Source: Pavona decussata
Taxonomy: Eukaryota
Length of the DNA stretch: 64,000 nucleotides
Assembly: GCA_977016875.1 (NCBI GenBank)
Contig: CDRNST010000120.1
Span: 3,038,001-3,102,000 of the forward strand
Direction: 5' to 3'
Part shown: one piece after another, positions 36,207 through 46,937 of the stretch
How positions within the stretch are numbered: the stretch's first letter is position 1
How the letters are laid out: every line of letters starts with the position of its first letter
Program-made: the position numbers and the translations under genes
Notes under the pieces: model-generated
Seen by the model: only the letters and a program-made list of their open reading frames with translations
The model's database searches: none
Told to the model about the DNA's origin: nothing

Positions 36207-37280
36207 CTACAGAGAAGTACTCCAAACATCATTTGTTTCATCGTTGCTTGCAGACTGTTCCCCTCCTCTTGGTTTTATCTCAGTGCGTCCCACCTTCTGT
36301 GCCGTTTTCCTGGTTGTCGCAGGACACGCGTTGCACATGGAGAACAATTCCCTTCGGAATTTGTTGTCTTTGAATACGTAAAGAAATGGATTGACCAGAG
36401 AGTTCGTGGTGAATGATATGAGGATCGTCAGCGAGCGAATTTCTCTGGCAGACTTGTGGCCCCCAATGAATGCCACACTTATTGCAGGAACATACCAGAA
36501 GAGCAGTGTGCTGACAACAAGAGCAAATATACGTTTTGAGACTCTTACATAGATATGAGATCCTATCATCTCGTTTTGATTCTTCACAACCTTGTAAATA
36601 CGGTGGTACATGATGCAGCTTAATATAAAAAGTACAGAGCTTGTCGCGATTCCAGCTTTCTCGATGTAAACGAAGTAGTTTTTATCTGAAGGTGCAACCT
36701 GACACAGGATTCCTTCAAGTTGGTACTTCAGAGAAAAACCCACAACTGGACCGCCTACGATAATGGAGCTTGTCATCCACGCAATGCAAGTTACTATTAA
36801 CACAGAGCGGTTAGTTAGGTGGGTCGAAGGCTTCGAATGGTTGACGATGAGCTTGTATCGATCCAAAGTCATTAGAAATAGAAGCAAGGGCTCCACAAGA
36901 AGCCCTAAGGAGCGGGCCGACACTATGGTAGGACAGATGTACCTTTCCCAAACATCAACGTGTCCTTTTTCTAGCTCATTTGTAGGAATTGTAGCTCTTA
37001 TTACAGCAGCCAGTAAAAAGACGCTAATTAGAAGGTCGCAGATGGCCGTGTGGGCTGCTAAGAACATGGCGTTGATGCGCTTAAGTCGAGTTGCTGTGAA
37101 TACAATCTTGATTACTACGACGTTAGCTGAAACAGCCGACAGACTCAAGACGAATATGAAGCATTTCAGTGCGATGCTTTGTTCCAAGAGAGGAACCAAT
37201 GTCGGTGAAGAACCGCTTGTATTATAAGGAGAAATGTTATTCTTGGTGTTGTTGGTACCGTTATACGGCATGGGATTCAT
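36207..37280 (-). CDS. Rhodopsin-family GPCR, paralog B, 357 aa
   Basis: Same motifs as paralog A; about 30 amino-acid differences by manual comparison. Confidence 0.95.
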   Translation of the reverse strand: MNPMPYNGTNNTKNNISPYNTSGSSPTLVPLLEQSIALKCFIFVLSLSAVSANVVVIKIVFTATRLKRINAMFLAAHTAICDLLISVFLLAAVIRATIPTNELEKGHVDVWERYICPTIVSARSLGLLVEPLLLFLMTLDRYKLIVNHSKPSTHLTNRSVLIVTCIAWMTSSIIVGGPVVGFSLKYQLEGILCQVAPSDKNYFVYIEKAGIATSSVLFILSCIMYHRIYKVVKNQNEMIGSHIYVRVSKRIFALVVSTLLFWYVPAISVAFIGGHKSAREIRSLTILISFTTNSLVNPFLYVFKDNKFRRELFSMCNACPATTRKTAQKVGRTEIKPRGGEQSASNDETNDVWSTSL

Positions 37281-39988
37281 ATCGTGTTTATCTTATGTCA
37301 GAAGCGATGTTACCTCTGTGGTATGATTTGACCTGCAGGAAGTGTCAGTTACTTTACCAAGCGGGTTTATTTTTAAGTCCTCTTCTCTGCTCAGTTTGCC
37401 AGTTTGGTGCAACTTTTATCTAATAGTGAACTCAGTTTCACACTCTTATCGTTGGGTCCAATAAGATTTTTTTCCTGCTTAAGCAGAAGGAAGTTGGACA
37501 CCAGCAATGCTTGTATCGGTTACCTCTGATGTTGAGCTTCGTTAACACTGTAAAATAAAACGCCTCTTGTGGTTCGTTGTAGATCTGGATGAAACTGCAA
37601 AATCGTTATATAAGTGAGTAAATATGTCGTTCAGTATGGTTTGCTGTGTCAATAAATTCCCCCCCTCTCAACCTCATCAAACCAGGCTGAATTGCAGACA
37701 ATTCATTGTACTTGGCAAGGCAACAAAGCCAATTATCCCCACCCTTCCCTTTTCTTAATTGTTTACCATTAATGCTGGGGTTTCATCAAAATTTTAGAGT
37801 CGCTGGTCGGAGTAAAACAAAAGTTGAAGAAAAAGACAGGGCGAGTGAAAACTAAGGTTGCGGGACCGTTAATAAGGGATATTTTGGTGCGATTTCGCAA
37901 AACAAGCATCTACGATACTCTCTGCTAATAGGGAATTTCTTGTGTAGTTTTCAACAACTGCTGGTCTAAAATTACTACTTTCTAGGTAAAGCGGGTTTAT
38001 GTTTACTGCAGAATTTCATGAATCTTAGGAAGCAAGGAAATACCTAACGGTAAGTGAAGACTTGTGGAATGTTCTATATAGTATGTAGATATGAAACTGT
38101 GGTTTCACACCCATCTCTGAAGTACGTTAGAAGTATTATTAGCTTACAGCACCTCATGTAGGTGCGGTCGATTGTCATCATAAACGCAAAAAACATGGAA
38201 TTACATGGCAGTTCACTTCCACGTGTTGACAGCCATTTGAATAACAGTTGTAAATTAATTCAGCGTGGTTTCATCCCGCAATTCTTATAGCAACATTGAG
38301 GGTATGGCGGATAAGTGATGAAAACTTGGCCTTTGTTTGCAACCGAAAAACAAAACGGCCTGACGCGTCGTTTCGAGATTGCCGTTCGGTATTAACTTTA
38401 CGACAAGCCTGATAAGTGAAAAATCTCTCGTTGGTCTTCATGATAAATATAACGGAAGTTTTCCCATTAAGCCATGGCTGGTTTGATCCCTAAAGATTAC
38501 AAATAAGAATCACATTTATCTTGCCCTGTGGCGTGGAATAATAAATTTTGTCGATCTTATGCAGAGAAGTAATTTTTGGCAAAACAAAATATTGTACTGT
38601 TGAAATAACGAAGGTAATACGACTAAAGACAGACCTGAAAAGCAAGTTACTTTGTCATGTCTGAGGATCAACCCTGAAACTTCTTCCTGTCTTGTTCTTC
38701 TTGAAACCCAGCTGTCATTTCTCAATAACTAAGGTTTGGTTCAGACGCCTTAACACTCATGCGCCTTATGATAAGCTTTGAGATTTTGCCTTGCCTGTTT
38801 GAAAGCTAGCGAAAACAAACTACTTCAGACGTCGTGCGACTGCCTAAGAACTGCATGATAGCTTGAAAGGAATATGAAGCGTAGGGCGTGTGATCTGTGG
38901 CGCCTCGCTGTTTTCGTCGCGCAGATGTACAGTTAAAGTAACAGGTTCGAATAAACTCTACCCTCTGCTAAAGACTTAGTCACTCACCTCTAAAGGTAAA
39001 GAGTGTTGTTTGTGGTGTGGTTACTGGACTCACTTGTAGCAATTTTTGCGTGCTTCATTTTCGAGTTGAATCACTTTAGACGCGAATGAGATCAAGATAC
39101 GACGAATAATTATATTGGACCTGAGCTGTTTAACATATCACCTGCCGGACTGGAGTTGTCCAAACTGAAAATCCCCCCAGAAAATTGATGCTAACTGCCA
39201 CAAATCTGATCTTTTAAACGCCCGAACATCGCCATTTCTCAAATTGAGTCCACATTTATAGGTGACATTTCTGTTCGTCGAATTCAATTCGAGTAGAGAT
39301 AACACTCGAATCTTTAATCTGTTTTGACGTTTAGTCCACTTACCTATCAAAGTTTTTGGTTCACATCCTCCGAGCTTTGACACTTTTAGAGGACTTGAAG
39401 CACTCGGTGAAATTAGTCGTTGGAAAACGGCAACAAAACTCCCTGAAAACTGCACTCTGTACGGTACAAACCATTCAAACAATGCTTCTGATGTAGACGC
39501 TCTTCCCTTTATTTAGAAAAAATTGAGGAAATGCTACTTAGAAGCACGTGTTTTATCGCAAGTCAACGTCAATCAAGTTTTAATTCAATGAAATTTATTG
39601 CTTTCAGGCGAAAATTATGCAATGAAAAGACAAATAGGTTTGCAAATTACCTTTTCGCCAACTGACGTTTCTATGTTGTTAAGTTTTCTTTGACCACAAT
39701 TGTCTCTAATCTTGCAATACGATTGGCTAATTTTCCCTTGTCGATAAGAGTCTAGACAACACTGCTCGTGTCAATCAGCGCGCGGAGATTTTGACAGTAA
39801 TTGTAAAATTTTTCTTCGACGTTGATATTGCGCTCATTTCGAGCAGCTTTCTGGTTTTGCTTAATGGATAAAGGCGTGTGCGCGATGTTGAGCGTCTTGA
39901 ATAAACACTCCAGTTTGGCTTCATTTCAGTTTTTTTTCCTTTTTCCTTTGATCTGGTTTTGGTTTTGCTTTCTCTTTATTTCTACCAC

Positions 39989-40427
39989 GAGGGGGGTGAA
40001 TAGGGGTATGTAAATCCGCCCATCCGCTAAAACTAATGGCTGAATCCGTCGATCTGCTCAAAAAATCAACTAAATCCAAATCCGCAAATTGTTTGCCGCG
40101 TTAGATGATACGCGAGATACAAAGCTGTTGGAGTTGTTGTTGGAGTTGCCTTGCGTGATATTGTGTTTTAGCGTTGAGGATGACTATCAACGAAATACTT
40201 ATGTAACCAATGTCTGTATCGAAACAAAATCTTGCAGATACGAGAAAAAAGAGCAAACTTGAACTTCCTGACAACCAAAATCCAAAATCCGAGCCCCAAA
40301 ACTGGATAAAACCGGGATCCGTTGTTATCATAGGATCTGCAGATCCGTTAAAGTTTCGCTCTGAATCCAGAATCCGGGCTAAAATATTTACCAAATCCGC
40401 CGATCCGTAGACCTACTCACCCCCCTC
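39989..40427. mobile_element. TIR element with a 6-bp TSD, present only in duplicon B
   Basis: TACCAC|GAGGGGGGTGAATAGG...CCTACTCACCCCCCTC|TACCAC; empty site TCTACCACCCTACC in duplicon A at ~29104. Confidence 0.88.
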
Positions 40428-42294
40428 TACCACCCTACCCTCGGATAAGCGTACCTACGTTAGACCAGGATAATGAAAAACACAACGGAATAAAAGTTCT
40501 ACCCTACTCAGTTAGAAATAAACAAACAAAACATAGAAAAAATACCCAAAGCTGCGAGAGAGGCAAAAACATAGCCTATGGTAAAGAAGAGACAGAGGAC
40601 CAACACATGCATGTTAACTTACTAGAATATATCTGCAGTTTGCGGACAATTAAAACGGCAACAGAATCTCGAAATCTTTTTACAGCCAGACTTGAATTAG
40701 TGTGCCTGAAGTTATAGATTCAGAACCACAGATACAGTTTTGCTTTGGTGTTAACAATTTCAGTTTATGTTGTTTGATATGTTAATTTTTTCAGTTCCCT
40801 GTTCAATTGACGTTTGGCAGCTGTTTCCTGTAAATGTATTTTTTATCTTTATTTTTCATTAGACACTGAAAATGGAGGTCATTTGCCTTTTCTAAAGATG
40901 TCAAAATAGCCAGGTTATTAGTGTTTAATAAGATTAAACTTTTGCTCTCTTTCAGCAATCATCACCAAAGTAAATACATTGCGGTTCAATTTTTATTTTC
41001 CTTCGTTTTATATTAATTGTCTTACATTACTATAGCCGGGCATTTCATACACAGCAACAGAGGAAAACCAGTGAAAATTGAACCAAGAATAAAACTGAAC
41101 CACAACAAAAACACGAATGCAACTACAGTCAGCTCCCTTTACAGTCAACTCTCGTCTTGCGGACACCTCGCTATTACGGACACCCCGATAATAGGCACAG
41201 CAGCTAAACTCCCGGCAATATAATTTACAGACGTTTGACGGAAATAAAGTTGACTGTAGCGGGAATTTATTTCAGTCAAACGTCTGCAATTTTCTTTTGC
41301 GTGGATTTAGTTGCTGTCCGTATAATCGGGGTGTCCGTAATAGCGAGGTATCCGCAAGGCGAGACTGACTGTATCTCTAAAGTTAGTACGAGAACCAAAT
41401 TGCATGAATAAGTGCGCAAGCTTATCACGTATCAATATTTTTTAGACTGTTATCTGTCTCAGGATTCATACTTTGTTAATGTTACAAATAAAACAAATGT
41501 ATCCCAAAATTTACCTTGGTTGACTTGTAGCAGATTCTTGACGGGTTTAATTTTTGCGATTTTCGCAAGTTTTTCTTTTTAATTCGAGGTATAGTCAATT
41601 ATCTTTTAAGGAAATGTCGCCAGGAAATAAAAGACATATTGCATGACAATAAAGAGCTTACGGTGACACTTTAACGACCTCGCCGGATTACGATCTATTG
41701 CTTACTCATTGTTACAGGGGTTTAATTTCGATAACATATTTTTAGCTTTCATTCATATTTTAACTGCCTAGAATGGTGAATAATTACCTGTAGATAGTAA
41801 TATCTTTGGATTATTGCGATTTTCGCAAGTTTTTCTTTTTAATTCAAGGTATAGTCAATTATCTTTTAAGGAAATATCGCCAGGAAATAAAAGACATATT
41901 GCATGACAATAAAGAGCTTACGGTGACACTTTAACGACTGCGCCGGATTACAAACTATTGCTTACTCATTGTTACAAGGATTTTATTTCGATAAACGTAT
42001 TTTTAGCTTTCATTCATATTTTAACTGCCTAGAATGATGAATAATTACCTTTAGCTAGCAATATCTCTGGATTATTTTGAAGTAATTTGTGATAGGTTAA
42101 TGCCGGGCCATTATCTTTTACAATGATGGATTCGCGAACCTTTGCGACTGCGCTTTACTATTATTTATGATCAAGCAGTCTCCAGTTATTTAAAGAGCGG
42201 ATATATATACCTTTATCTGCTGGATAATTCACCATCCGGGAAAAAAAAATGTGAGGAAATTTTCCCTATAGACCCACTAATCGATCATGTGACG

Positions 42295-42621
42295 CATCCT
42301 CGTTCCCAGAGCCTACGATCTTTTGGTCAGCGGTTGGATCGTAGGGCCTGGTAACAGCCGTTACCGGATGTCGTGAATTTCACGACATCCGGTAGCGCAC
42401 GCTCAGTGTGATAAATTACCATTGCGCTTGCTCAGTATTATTATTGCTCAGTACTGCTCAGTATTAGGAAGTAAAGACAAATGCGCAGAAGCGTAGCATT
42501 TTTAACCCTAAAGCGCATCCGGTTTTCGATTGCCAATGAAAAAAAAGATATTTTTGGATGGACCCAGAGCCACTCGTTCAACAATTTAAAAAAAAACGTT
42601 GGGGCTCTGGGGACGAGAATG
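42295..42621. mobile_element. MITE with a 10-bp TSD
   Basis: TCATGTGACG|CATCCTCGTTCCCAGAGCC...GGCTCTGGGGACGAGAATG|TCATGTGACG. Confidence 0.85.
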
Positions 42622-43589
42622 TCATGTGACGGTACTTTACGGAGCATGTGCAGTCTTTTTCAGAATTGGTCAAATTCACGCTGGCGTGCATTCTTTATTT
42701 CCGAAAAGACAAAGAATCGATTCTTCTGAGAATATCACCTGGTTTCTAATAGTCAATTATTATCTAGGAGAAATAAGGTCTATTCTGGCGTACACGAGAA
42801 GAAAACCAGAATAGCAGTGACTTTAGACATTCTGGACATGCACAAACGGAAACAATGTATTGCCCGTTTCGAAGTTCATAAAGGAACTGGGCCCTAGTTT
42901 ACACATCGTTCAAATTGCGTCATATGAAGACATGAACCCCATCGCCAGAAAGATAAGATAAAAATTAGTACATTTACCAAGATTGGGTATGTTTCATTGC
43001 GTTGCAACTAGGCTGTGACCTGTCTCTAATTCTGAGATGGCATCCCCCAAATCCATACAAAGTCTCTAATTTTTCCATTTGTTGAAAGCCTTCTTCTTCT
43101 TCTTCCGGTTGCAATCTATCAACAGAACCTTAAGCTTGGTAAACTGACTAATTTTAATGTGATCTTTCTTGTGATGATCTCCAATTTCTGATTAAAAGAA
43201 AATTTAAAAACTTCTTCCCAGTCTCCTTTTAAACTCCGGAACGTGCATTCTTCCAAGGAAGTCTTAACACTCGAGAGTCAATAGACATGGCTGCACATGA
43301 CAAATTTTATATTCTCAAGTGTGCAACAAAATTGGTGAAGTTTGTTCTTAGAGTCACTTCTCCTTGGTCAGAAACTAGCGTTCCAGGTATTTGAACAAGC
43401 TTCTTAGTTTCCTTTAGGTCTCCTCGCCATTGTTACATCCTTTTTTTTCTATCTTTTTTTTGTTTACATTACATTTGTGGTGTGGCAAAATAAAATAAAA
43501 TAAGAAAAAAAAAAAACACGCTGATCGTTTCCACACCTACAAGTCAGAACTTCCAAGGAAAACTTGGTGGAATCATAGTTTTAAAGTTA

Positions 43590-44026
43590 AAATTTAAACG
43601 AAAACGACAAAACATGTTTCGACAGAGACTTCTGTCATCTTCAGTTAGTTAAACACCTGCAGAATTCTGAACATTGTCTCGCCTTATGTTCATTAGATTG
43701 TTTCCATATTTTATATCACGCCTCTACCATTTTCCAACTCAAGATAAAAGAGGCTTTTCATATTCAAAGAGAACAGCCTTCCTTGAATCAACAATTACAC
43801 CATGTAAATCTAGAATTATCCTTATAATTCTCACATTGTCACGTTTCATGTTCATTTTGTTGTCACCGTTTATCATAATCAGCATTTTTGTCTACTTAAA
43901 AATGATAAATTCAACTTCCAACGCTTTGTACATTAACTAACTGAAGATGACAGAAGTCTCTGTCGAAACATGTTTTGTCGTTTTCTTTAAAATTTTGACT
44001 TGCCTGCTACTATCAAGACCCTTTGG
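43590..44026. mobile_element. Penelope-like retroelement remnant with an inverted terminal repeat carrying a hammerhead-like motif on each strand
   Basis: ~65-bp IR TTAACTAACTGAAGATGACAGAAGTCTCTGTCGAAACATGTTTTGTCG (about 43585-43652 and 43933-44000); 13-bp flanking direct repeat AGTTTTAAAGTTA at 43577 and 44027; absent from duplicon A. Confidence 0.72.
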
Positions 44027-44251
44027 AGTTTTAAAGTTATACCGCAAAGTTTACAGTACATGGTTTTCATATACAGCGTACATTCGTTACTTACATTCTT
44101 GTGTTAAAATACTTTAAATAAACCTTCACATTACTGGAAATATAACGAACCATAGGTCTTCGTCACGTTTTTTTTCCAAAACGTTTTCCATGGTGATTCT
44201 CTTCTACAGCTCAGTTTCAACTTATTTTTACATCATTAGGCAGCTATAGCT

Positions 44252-44537
44252 TAGAGCGGTTTTCAATTGAGTGTCGAAAGTAATTTTGCGTTTGCTTTGG
44301 TTTTGCATTACTACGCTCTGTGATTGGTTAACAAAACTATTGCCACTTTCTCAACCAATGGGAATCCAAACCAAAACCAATCGTGTTTTGGCCGCACGCG
44401 TTTTCCCGCGCTTGGCGCCAGTTACATGTATTTGCTTCGATTTCTGATTGGCTCGTTGTATTGTTTACATCTGTTGCGATTGGCCAGAGTAATTACTCTG
44501 GTTTTGGTTTTCAACACTCAATTTGAAACCGTTCTAT
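44252..44537. mobile_element. MITE-like repeat
   Basis: TAGAGCGGTTTTCAATTGAGTGT / ACACTCAATTTGAAACCGTTCTA. Confidence 0.8.
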
Positions 44538-45860
44538 AGTTCTAAAATTACTTATAAAGCAGGAATCTCTCTCGCATATATGTTTGTAATATGGTAGCAT
44601 AGAACACCACAATTTTACAACCCCTAAATATAACAGATTACGTATCTACATCATTACCTTGAGCGCTCTTTAAAATAGGGGAGGGGATGGGGTGGGGGGC
44701 TTCCCAGGAAAGACCAGGGTTTATTTGTCACTCGACGGTAAACGTTAACACAATAGCTTGGAAGGTTTCTTTTCGTAATTCTAAACCAAGGAAGATAAAA
44801 ATTAATATATTAACTTTTTCCGAAATGTTCTTGGTTTGCTAGAAATGAACGAGCGAAAGAAAACAGATATTTCAACAGATTGCGACTTGCACTTTCCGTA
44901 ATTTGCCTCACATGTGTTCCTTACAACCGACAAACACACGAACCCTTGATATATTTGCTATGAGCTAGCACTGAGTGTCTGTTCAGTTATTTTTTTTTTA
45001 ACAATTTTTATTTGCATACATGACATGAGATTTACAAAACTGAGCACTATTAACATTACTTACAATACACAGAGTACTAACCACAATGACTATATCTACA
45101 TTGTTAACAATACTTACAATACTTACAAAACTGAAAGTGCTTACAATGTTCACTGTTCAGTTATAGTTTTTTCAAATGAAATACTTTGTTTTTGAAATTG
45201 TAAAACGTTTCGTCCACATTCGCCAATGTTTTTGAAGTTACATGTACAAAGCTGAACCAACTTCTCCGTTCAAAACCTTGAATTGAAATCGGATAGTGTG
45301 AAAACTGGGAGAAGCTTAGCCCCTTTTAAAGTGCATCTTCGTGTTTAACAGTTCTGAACGTTTGGCGCCCTGTTACCTTGTTGTCAAGGAGGCGAAGGAC
45401 CACTGGGAACGACCACTCTGCACATAGGAGTAGAGGAAGTCATACATAGGCTGCAACGCAACCCAAATGCCGGACTGGAGCTTCACTCCAGTTTCTGTGG
45501 CATGAATTAACAAGGAGAATCATGATCATTCCGTGTTAGCATGAAATAACTGGGAGTATTACAAATCCATATTGCATGGGATGCTCCTTCATCAAAGGAT
45601 GCCCGACATCAACTGGCTTGGAATATTTCTGTTTTCCGACGGTGGGATATTAGTTCATTTGAGTGTTACCTCAAGGAATTTTTTTGGCATTCTTCAGGGC
45701 CCGTACTAGTCTTAGGTATCCATTTGTAAATCAGGATAAGGAAAGAGACAATATGGAGTCCAGTTTCTTGCTTAAGCATGACGGCAGACGCTGTGCACAG
45801 AGCACCTGCCTTCAGATCGATTGTCCGAAGTGTTCAATGTTTGAGTAGTCCTCTTCGCTC

Positions 45861-46937
45861 TTACAGAGAAGTATTCCAAACGTTGCTTGCTTCCGTTTCA
45901 TCGTTGCTTGCAGACTGTTCCCCTCCTCTCGGTTTTATCTCAATCCTTCGCACACTCTGTACTGGTTTCCTGATTGTTGGACACGCGTTGCACATAGAGA
46001 ACAATTCCCTTCGGAACTTGTTTTCTCTGAATACGTAAAGAAATGGGTTGACCAGAGAGTTCATAGTGAATGATATGAAGATTGTCAGTGAGCGAATTTC
46101 TCTGACAGCCTTGTGGCCGCCAATGAATGCCACGGTCATTGCGGGTACATACCAGAAAATCAGCGAGCTGATAACAAGAGCAAATATAAGTTTTGAGACT
46201 CTTACATAGGTACGTGATCCCATCATCTCGTTTTGATTCTTCACAACTTTGTAAATACGGTGGTACATGATGCAGCATAATATAAAAAGAACAGAGCTTG
46301 TAGCGATTCCAGCTTTCTCGATGTAAAGGAAGTAGTTTTTATCTGAAGGTGCAACCTGACAGAGGATCCCTTTAAGTTGGTTTTTAAAAGAAAAGCCCAC
46401 AACTTGACCGCCTACGATACTGGAGCTTGTTATCCACACAATGCAAGTAGCTATTAACACAGAGCGGTTAGTTAGGTGGGTCGAAGGCTTCGAATGGTTG
46501 ACGATAAGCTTGTATCGATTCAAAGTCATTAGAAACAGAAAAAAGGGCTCCACAAGCATTGCTAGCGAGCGAGCCGACGTTATGGTAGGACAGATGTATC
46601 TTTCCCAAACATCAACGTGTCCTTTTTCTAGTTCATTTGTAGGAATTGTAGCTCTTATTACAGCAGCCAGTAAGAAGACGCTAATTAGAAGGTCGCAGAT
46701 GGCGGTGTGGGCTGCTAAGAACATGGCGTTGATGCGCTTAAGTCGAGGTGTTGTGAATACAATCTTGATTACCACTACGTTAGCTGAAACAGCCGACAGA
46801 CTCAAGACGAATATGAAGCATTTCAGTGCGATGCTTTGTTCCAAAAGAGAAACCAATGTTGGTGAAGAACCGCTTGTATTATTAGAGGAAATGTTATCCT
46901 TGGTGTTGTTGGTACCGTTATATGGCATGGAATTCAT
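45861..46937 (-). CDS. Rhodopsin-family GPCR, paralog C, 358 aa (NRY in place of DRY)
   Basis: ATG at 46937 is homologous to the A and B starts (MNSMPYNG); motifs AICDLL, TLNRY, FWYVP and NPFLY. Confidence 0.94.
   Translation of the reverse strand: MNSMPYNGTNNTKDNISSNNTSGSSPTLVSLLEQSIALKCFIFVLSLSAVSANVVVIKIVFTTPRLKRINAMFLAAHTAICDLLISVFLLAAVIRATIPTNELEKGHVDVWERYICPTITSARSLAMLVEPFFLFLMTLNRYKLIVNHSKPSTHLTNRSVLIATCIVWITSSSIVGGQVVGFSFKNQLKGILCQVAPSDKNYFLYIEKAGIATSSVLFILCCIMYHRIYKVVKNQNEMMGSRTYVRVSKLIFALVISSLIFWYVPAMTVAFIGGHKAVREIRSLTIFISFTMNSLVNPFLYVFRENKFRRELFSMCNACPTIRKPVQSVRRIEIKPRGGEQSASNDETEASNVWNTSL

Larger units (their letters stand above)
35413..42283. repeat. GPCR duplicon copy B
   Basis: Colinear with copy A from about 24305 onward. 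Confidence 0.9.

Noticed and set aside
42960-43430. Purine-biased minus-strand stretch resembling degraded coding sequence
   Set aside because: No sustained reading frame and no recognisable motif.
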